10,917 nt of DNA, taken from Zygophlyctis sp. KS116. Taxonomy: Eukaryota > Fungi > Chytridiomycota. Shown here in pieces: positions 1-9,600 of the stretch; the stretch's first letter is position 1; the number at the start of each line of letters is the position of its first letter. The stretch covers positions 1 through 10,917 of the forward strand of contig BAAFSQ010000316.1 in NCBI GenBank assembly GCA_054661495.1, in the 5' to 3' direction. Under the pieces are notes generated by a model, which was given only the letters and a program-made list of their open reading frames with translations, was not told where the DNA came from and did no database searches. The position numbers were made by a program, and so were the translations under genes.

Positions 1-498
1 CGTTCAGATCCATGCTGTAACTTTGGCGACGCTTTAGATAATGCGTCTCGGCTAGCCAAAGCAGAAGAATATCCATTTTCAATTGCATCGTTGGCAATTT
101 GAAGAGCTAAGGCACTCTGATCTACTTGCCTTTGATTTGCCACAACATCCAATGATCCTAAATATTAAAATTGACTGAATACCTTTTCGAGAACCTGTAT
201 TCTTTGCTGTTTCTGAATAAGGCTCTTGGGATTTTGACAAATTCATTTTACTCGATATTACATTCCCGAGTGATCCAGAATTAATTTTTTGAGAATCAAT
301 AAGCTTCATACTATATCCATTCAGAGATGCATTTGACCCAAGTTTTGTATTTCTTAATGCGGAATCTAAATCAATTTTTTTTAGACTATTTGTAGATTCT
401 TTGAGTCCATTTTTTTCATTTAACAATGACTTTTGAGCTGCAGTAATAGATTCAAAAACTGCATCCAATGCCATCTCACTGAATGATGGATCCTGCAT
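1..498 (-). CDS. Unknown protein, 3' end beyond the window; exons 498-183 and 157-<1
   Basis: ATG at 498. A 25-nt GT-AG intron at 182-158 (gtattcagtcaattttaatatttag) matches the other introns. Removing it gives a frame open to the window edge (…KNTGSRKGSLDVVANQRQVDQSALALQIANDAIENGYSSALASRDALSKASPKLQHGSE…). No family recognised; start codon uncertain. Confidence 0.6.
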
Positions 499-568
499 AT
501 TTTATATTTGTTTACGTATGAATTCCATTGTTTGCGCCTCAAAAATAAGCTTTTTTAAAACCTGCGAA

Positions 569-957
569 ATGTTGTCTCACTTTAAGCCATCAGTTGTAAC
601 TTCCTCTTCTTCATCTGCAGTTGCTGCCAGGAAAAGAGTTTTAGGCCTCTACAAGGAATTCATGCGGGCGGTATACATACTTTTTAATATTAGGCACCAA
701 CCATTGTGACGTACTACCATTTGGACTTGCCGTCCTCAGTAATTAAATCAAAAATCCGCCAGGAATTTGAAAAGAATCGGTTTGTGAATGACTTGAAAAT
801 CATTGATATATTTCTATTTAAAGGAAGAACGGAATATGAAGAGACCATGAATATGTGGAAACAAAAGACTCATGTTATGAGATATTTTGATGAACTAGAT
901 TCAAGAGAAACAAGGCAATCAAATGGCTTTTTAGATAAATTTTATGCTGGACAGTAA
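569..957 (+). CDS. NDUFA6: NADH:ubiquinone oxidoreductase accessory subunit B14 (NDUFA6/LYRM6/NB4M), about 121 aa; exons 569-670, 694-957
   Basis: A 23-nt intron at 671-693 joins [14 protein letters not shown] to [13 protein letters not shown]…[48 protein letters not shown]-type motif (LYK) plus the WKQxTHVMRYF signature of NDUFA6. An in-frame ATG at 518 is a less likely start. Confidence 0.92.
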
Positions 958-1101
958 TTGAATTGATGATTTTATTACAATTTCTTATGAGATCATTTAC
1001 AATTCCTGATAATTGGCTAATCATGCTAAGAGATTAAGAAATCTCAGGAATAAAATATTTCGGACAATGTCGGACTTGCACTTAATAATTAAAGACTAAA
1101 A

Positions 1102-4075
1102 ATGGAGCGAAAGAGACAAAGGGAGTTTGAGGATGGGAACGAAGCTGTTCCTCCTACATCTCCAATTCAGGAGAATGAAGACATGACGCCATTTTCTGAA
1201 GATTCAGAAGAAAATATACAGGATGCGCACGCTCATGTTTTTGAGGATGATGAAGATGATGTTGAAAGCGAGGATTTGTTTGGAGATAATTTGGAGGGGT
1301 ATTTATTTTGATTAACAAGAGTGATTATAATGAAAATAATGCACTTGATCGGTACGATGTCGGGTCTGTAGATGGTGAAGAATATGGGATGATGGAGGCA
1401 GAAACGCGCCAATTGGTCGAAGCCAAGTTACGAAGGAGAGATCGGGAACAGGCTAGACTGCATGGTTTTCTTCCAGCTGCATTTTTAGATGAAGGTACGA
1501 TTTCTTGTATGGAATTTATAATAAGAGGAAGAAGAAGATGTTTCAATCAAGGTTAGAAGAAGAAGAAAGCATGATTTAGAGCCTGAATTTGAATTAGATG
1601 ATGAGGCTGTAATTAGTATTCTGTATCCCTAATATGTTTAGCCTGTTCTTGATTTAGAGGCTTTGAAAGATATTAAAGGACCAATTGATGAATATGTATC
1701 GAGGACTGGGCCGCGGGAGAGAATCAAGCAAGAATTTCATCGGTTCCTTACTTCCTATGTTAATGAGCACGGGGAATCCGTTTATGGTGAGCGAATCAAA
1801 ACAATGTGTGAAGGTAAAATCCAAAAATATCTAATCATAGCTAATGGAGAAAGTCTGGAAGTTGTATGGCAGCATCTCTACGAAAGTAGCGCTATTCTAG
1901 CGTTTCTAGTTTCTAATGCCCCTCAAGAGATCCTTAAAATATTTGATGTTGTAGCTTTGGAAGTTGTTCTTTCTGGTTTTGAAGAGTATTCGGGCATTAA
2001 GAATGAGATACATGTCCGTATTGCCGGAGTCCCGTCTGCTGATACTTTACGTGATTTAAGGTAATTTGGTCATCTCTTATTGCATTTAGGCAGCATCATC
2101 TTAATACTCTTGTTAAAGTGACGGGAGTAGTAACTAGGAGGACTGGTATATTCCCTCAACTTAAATATGTTAAATACGATTGCGTAAAATGCGGTGCTTT
2201 ATTGGGGCCTTATTATCAGGATACTTCAAAAGAAATCCGAATTGGAAATTGTCCTAATTGTCAATCTAAAGGACCTTTTAATGTCAACAGTGAGCAGACT
2301 ATCTATCGAAACTATCAAAGGTTAACTCTACAGGAAAGCCCCGGGTCTGTCCCTGCTGGACGAATCCCAAGGCACAAAGATGTGATTATGTTATGGGATT
2401 TGACTGATTGTGCCAGACCGGGCGAAGAAATTGTATTTTTTCCATTTGATTTTGTAGGAAGTAACCGGCATTTATCGAAACAACTTTGATGTATCACTTA
2501 ATATGAAAAATGGGTTTCCTGTTTTTGCCACTATAATTGAAGCGAATCATATTAGTAAGAAGCAAGATGAATTTGCTAGTTCTCGTCTTACTGAAGATGA
2601 TATTCGTGCTATCCGAGACATATCTAAAGATCCGCGTATCAGGCAACGGGTACGTAAATCAATTTTTAATAGAAATTAGATTATCAAAAGTATAGCGCCT
2701 TCTATATTTGGTCACGAAGATATTAAGACGGCTTTGGCTTTGGCGCTATTTGGAGGTGTTTTTAAAAATCCTCATGGAAAACATCGGCTGCGTGGTGATA
2801 TCAATGTTCTCATGATGGGAGATCCTGGAACAGCGAAATCTCAATTCTTAAAGTATTGTGAAAAGACAGCTTATCGTTCTGTATATACAACAGGTCAGGG
2901 GGCTTCTGCTGTTGGTTTAACGGCCTCTGTACATAAGGATCCCGTGACAAGAGAATGGACTTTGGAAGGTGGCGCTTTGGTAATGGCAGATAAAGGCGTG
3001 TGCTTGATTGACGAGTTTGATAAAATGAGTGATCAAGATCGGTAATAAGCTCTTTTTTATTTTCTAGAACATCTATCCACGAAGCCATGGAGCAGCAATC
3101 AATATCTATTTCCAAAGCAGGTATTGTTACATCCCTTCAGGCCCGATGTGCGGTTATCGCTGCTGCAAATCCTTTATTCGGAAAGTATAATCCCCAAGTT
3201 CCTTTTGCCCAGAATGTGGAATTGACAGAACCCATACTTTCAAGATTTGATATACTGTGTGTAGTTCAGGATTTGGCTGATCCTGTAATTGATGAACATC
3301 TTGCTCGTTTTGTTGTTGGAAGTCATATGAGGAGCCATCCCCTATTTGACCAGGAAGAAAGTGTAAATTTTTCTTTAATAACGTATATAGCCTTATGTTG
3401 AGGATATGAAGGATCCAGATGTATTCTCAATTTAACATTAATATTAGTTGATCGATCAAGATTTATTGCGCAAATACCTCATGTATGCTAGGGATCGTGT
3501 TTATCCCAAGATAAATAACATAGATCATGAAAAAATCGAAAAACTATATTCTGAACTTCGTCGTGAATCTATGGCAAGAATTTGATTTATTTAATCTATA
3601 GATTGGTGGTAGTATTCCAATCACTGTTAGATATCTGGAATCCATTATCAGAATGTCTGAGGCCTTTGCCAGAATGCATCTTCGTGATTTTGTCCGCCAA
3701 GATGATATTGATCAAGCCATAGCTGTCACCATTAAAAGTTTTATTTCAGCTCAAAAGTACTCTGTAAAAAAGACTCTATCAAAAGTCTTTGACAAGTACA
3801 TGTCTGTTGACCGTGATAGCTTCGAGTTACTTTTACATATCCTCTCAGAGATTGAAAAGGAGACCATACGATACAATTACTACCGCAGTGATTCAATTCC
3901 AGAGAAAATTGAATTGGACATGGAAGACTTTGAAACCAGAGTAAGTTTATCCCCCTAATATTAGGCTCGTGAACTATCAATTCATGATCTTGGACCATTT
4001 TACTCTTCCCAACTCTTTCGTCGTAGTTTTATTCTTGATGCCAAGAATCGTAAAATTCTAAATTCACGAAGATAA
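1102..4075 (+). CDS. MCM2: DNA replication licensing factor MCM2, about 880 aa, 13 exons
   Basis: Introns: 1299-1321, 1495-1525, 1609-1641, 1814-1840, 2061-2089, 2433-2457, 2650-2679, 3042-3067, 3363-3390, 3421-3447, 3574-3601 (GC-AG), 3941-3964. Spliced CDS is 2643 nt and stays in frame. Motifs: acidic N-terminus with histone-binding region [11 protein letters not shown]…LDRYD, Zn finger CVKC…[17 protein letters not shown], Walker [10 protein letters not shown], Walker B IDEFDKM, Arg finger [15 protein letters not shown]. Confidence 0.97.
3574..3601 (+). other. GC-AG spliceosomal intron (28 nt) in MCM2
   Basis: gcaagaatttgatttatttaatctatag must be removed to join LRRESM to [14 protein letters not shown]. 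No GT is available between the Met codon and the in-frame TGA. Confidence 0.85.
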
Positions 4076-4083
4076 AAAAAATC

Positions 4084-4100
4084 AATAAAGTCTTTTTATT
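4084..4100. terminator. Convergent AATAAA polyadenylation signals for MCM2 (+, 4084-4089) and ATP16 (-, 4095-4100)
   Basis: aataaagtctttttatt lies in the 43-bp gap between the two stop codons. Confidence 0.5.
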
Positions 4101-4118
4101 TGACCAATACATTCTTTT

Positions 4119-4583
4119 TTACTTTTGAGCAGCCAGCAAAGCATTATAAACCTCTGATGAAATTCTAGCTTCCATTTTCTCTTCTGCCTTTGCACCTGAA
4201 TTGATGACACGATTAGCTTCATCTAAAGCCTTTCTAACAGACTCCATATCAACTTCATCCAATGTTACAGCCTCTACTGCATTAATATTTAAAGAAGAAT
4301 CTGGGTTCATAACTGCAAACCCACCAGATAAAAAGTATTTTTTAGAGGATCCACTAGATATAATTTCTAGAATCCCTGGTTTTAACTGCGACACTGAAGG
4401 AACATGATCAGCCAATATCCCCATATCCCCATCGGTAGAGGAGATATTGACTTGAGTTGCAGGGGATTTTTTAAGCAATGTCTTGACTTAGTCTAGAAAA
4501 CTTACAGCATGAGGAACAGTCAAATTAACCAGTAGCTTTTGACCAGAAGCCTCTGCAAATGTTCTTTTCCAAATTCTTTGCAT
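4119..4583 (-). CDS. ATP16: Mitochondrial F1-ATP synthase delta subunit, about 146 aa; exons 4583-4506, 4481-4119
   Basis: 24-nt intron at 4505-4482 (gtaagttttctagactaagtcaag, in-frame TAA). Protein MQRIWKRTFAEASGQKLLVNLTVPHATLLKKSPATQVNISSTDGDMGILADHVPSVSQLKPGILEII…KYFLSGGFAVMNPDSSLNINAVEA carries ATP synthase delta/epsilon family motifs and a short Arg-rich presequence. Confidence 0.95.
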
Positions 4584-4674
4584 TTTTGAGGTTTGCTCAA
4601 CGCGAAACTTTGCATTTTTTCTTTCGCGTCGACGCGTGGCATGGGCAAGGGGAAAGTAGAAAAAAAACTTGAAA
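4584..4674. promoter_or_regulatory. Putative bidirectional promoter shared by ATP16 and ATP2
   Basis: 91 bp between divergent ATGs. Contains inverted ACGCGAAA (4600-4607) / TTTCGCGT (4622-4629), a perfect 12-bp palindrome CGCGTCGACGCG (4625-4636) at the midpoint, and ACGCGT (4632-4637). T-tract on the left, A-tract on the right. Confidence 0.7.
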
Positions 4675-6314
<1,640 letters not shown>

Positions 6315-6619
6315 ATGGTTTATTAATTTCTTCAAGAAATCTAAGATTGATTCACTAAGTAATTATAAGTATTGAGGAATGATTCCACAAGCAATTTGAG
6401 CTGGTTTGAGAGTATTTAAAAAATAGGTAAATGATTTACTTTATTTCCATATATTTCGCGACATAGAAATGAATTTCCTTATCGTAACACTTTTTAGTCT
6501 CATGCCATTTAGCTATCTTCATTTGGAAATCAAAGAATAAAATTAAATTAAAATTTTAATGGTGGTATTAAGAATGACTTCATATTCAAATATTTAAGCT
6601 ATTTTCCACACATAATCGA

Positions 6620-9600
6620 TCACTTGGCTCTTTTACTCCTTTTATTCTGTTTCCCATTATTATTCATTGGAGTGCCCATCTCCGAATTCCCCACTTCCGC
6701 AGGCTGATTACTAGCGGATGGTACTTCTCCTTTTTCTACTTGATCTGCTTCGGGAACTCTATATAGAGAGGACCTACGTCTGACCTGTATTACAACACCT
6801 ACTACGACCAAAGATATTAATAAAACCGCAGCAATAGCAATTCCTGCGATTGCGCCTACACCAATCTCTGAATTCGTTGATGGTGAATTGTTTGTTGGCG
6901 GAACAGTTGGTGAACCTGCAGATTGAGACGATGTACCCGTTGGCTGTGCAGAAGGTTGTAGAGTAGGTTGCAAAGTAGGCTGCAAAGTAGGCCTAATGGT
7001 AGCCTGCATAGTAGTCTTTAAGTTCACAGCTGTAGATTGAGACCCTGAAAGTTTTGAAGTTGCCACTGTAGATTGAGACCCTGAAAGTTTTGAAGTTGCC
7101 ACTGTAGATTGAGACCCTGAAAGTTTTGAAGATTCCACTGAAGAGTGAAATAAGGTTGATACAATTGAAGTTTGGAAATCCGAAAGTTTCAAAGAAGTGA
7201 CCGAAGACTGGATCGCTGGAGGAACAATGTTATTCTCCAACACAACGAAATCAGTTAAATGAGAGCACTGACAGGTTACGCTAAGGAAATCTCCAATTTC
7301 AGTAGTATTTAGTACTTTACATCCTTCAGTTGAGACAGATGCGCCGGTTAATGTTTCAGAAGAATCAGAATATTTGATCCAGGCGCATTCGGGAACAGTT
7401 CCTTTTGCTACTTCTATTGTAAATACAACTTCCATTGAAGTCGGACTGGTTTTGCCTAAAGTCGTCTCGTCCAAAAATGACATTTGGTTTATATCACTTA
7501 CCAATGAAATAGAAGAGTTCAGGTTTGAGAAAATGTTCGACTTTTTAGTACCGTAAATATAGGGAGGGCAGCCACTAGGTGCGAAGGATGAAGTGTCTAG
7601 CTCAGAAAATAAGAAAGAGCCGAATGTGGTTGCGTCCGCACTACCAATCCCAGCTGACATTGAAAAACTACCCTTGTCGGTAGAATATGCAACCTCACCG
7701 CAAACCGCACTGCCTAATGCACTCTGAGCTATGTCAAAAACAAAATTGTTCAAATTTTGAGAGAGAGTTTCGGCATTAGAAGAGGAACTGGAGGTTGAGC
7801 ATAAAAGATTGTCCAAAGAGCCCACTAAGCTGTCAAGACTCTGTGAAGTCAAGCTTGAGCCTTTCGCTTTATCCATGAGGTTAAACAAAGCGTTTGAAGC
7901 TGCAACTGAGTTAGAATCGGGCATTGAGCACTGGCTACCAATTGCGGAACTTAATTTTGATGCTATCAGAGCAGTCCCAGCATCGTCTATAGGCACCAAG
8001 CCGCTGTCTGTCAAAAAATCGAGTTCAGCTATAAAATCTTTTTGAAGATTAACAGCCCCAGCGTTAGATGATATATTTTCAAAGCCTATATCTGCAATTG
8101 CAGCCAATGTAGATATATAATTAGAAACACCCCCACTATTCAACAGCTCTTCCTTGCCTGAGCTAAGAAGTAATGTAGCTGAATCTAAGGCAACTTCAAG
8201 AGAAGTGGATCTAGTTACATTTACTGTAAATTGGGGAATGCTTGAAGCATTGGGAACGCCCCCAGAGGCGTCAGTGAGAGATACTTTAAAATCGTAGATA
8301 CCCTCTGAAAGCTTTAAATCAATATTCGGTTCGATAGAATTTAATGAAGCCGTTCGGTAGTTAACCTCGTCTGATTTTTTTAACAGTACGCTGTAAAATA
8401 GAGGATAAGAAAGAGAGTCTGTTTCCCAACCAGAACAAGATACTCTTAAATCAGAAAACTCAGCAACAGATGTGTTACTGGAAGTACAAATCCCATTTGA
8501 TGGTCGATTTAGTACTTTAAATTGAACTTCACTATAATTCGTTTGAACGGATCCATCAATAATCCGTACCTGTATGCAGTAATTGGTTCCAGCTCTTAGC
8601 GCATTTGTGGAAAATTTAAGAACATTATATATTGGGAAAACCGCAAAGTTTTCTCCAACAGAAAAGTCAATTAATTCTGCAACATCACCAGACGAGCAAT
8701 TAGAAACAGAGCGCCAATTATATTTTATATTTTTTGGCGATAGAACAGATGTGATATCAATATTTGCCGAAATTTGAAACGAACGATCTTCTGTTGAAGT
8801 CAGCAGCTTTGATGGTATCACAGTGAAAAGTGGCAACGAATCATTCTGAATGATGATGGATACATTTTTGGATACACCCATAGCACCAGTATCTTGATTT
8901 ATCACGGTTAGTCCTAAATTGTAAATTCCAGTTTCCAGGCTTCGAGTCAGATTCAAACTGCAGGTATTCAGTTCTAGTGGGTTTGAAGTTTGTAAATTTA
9001 TGCAAGCACCTAAAGTTGATGTAGTGCAAACCCAATTGCAAGTGAAGTTATAGAAAGTTTTCGGACGGTATGATAAGTCAATAATTTGGGGTAGCATAGT
9101 AAGGGGCTGTAAAGCTCCAACTGTACGATCAGAACCGGCCGACACTTGAATTTGATCAAGTGCAGTAGTGAAATTATATGATGCCGAAAAATTTGCATAG
9201 GCACTTGTTGCCGAAACATTCACCAAATATATTTGATTAGGCAGAAGTTTGTAGGGGGGTATATGAAGTGAAGAAACATTGCTACTTAGATCTGAATCGT
9301 CAGACGTTTTTCCATAAAACTTTATGCTAAAACTAAATTCACCAGGCAATGAACATTTAAGATCTGAAGTTCTATTAAGGCCAACTTGAGCTGTTATTAT
9401 ATTTCTATAATAAGTATCCACATCGCCAGAAGGAATGACTACATCAAGAAGAAGTTCACTGGTTTGACAATAGATTACTGGCGGAACAGTTGGAGAACCT
9501 GTAGATTGAGAAGATGTACCCGTTAGTTGTAATGTATGTTGGAAAGTAAGTTTCGAAGTAGGCTGTGCAGTATGTTGCAGAGAAGTCTTTAGGGTCACAG

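Noticed and set aside
79-157. ORF-track C-terminus IIGCCGK…CQRCN as a Cys-rich motif
   Set aside because: Likely read-through of the 25-nt intron at 182-158; the spliced frame differs and stays open to the window edge.
493-528. Possible upstream first exon of the left gene (ATG at 528 on - plus a 23-nt GT…CAG segment at 515-493)
   Set aside because: Splicing it shifts the frame to an early TGA, and unspliced it meets a TAA. It cannot be supported as coding, though a 5' UTR intron is not excluded.
1525-1537. Alternative NAGNAG acceptors in MCM2 intron 2
   Set aside because: In-frame AGs at 1531, 1534 and 1537 fall in a poly-Glu run. The exact boundary is ambiguous, but nothing supports regulated use.
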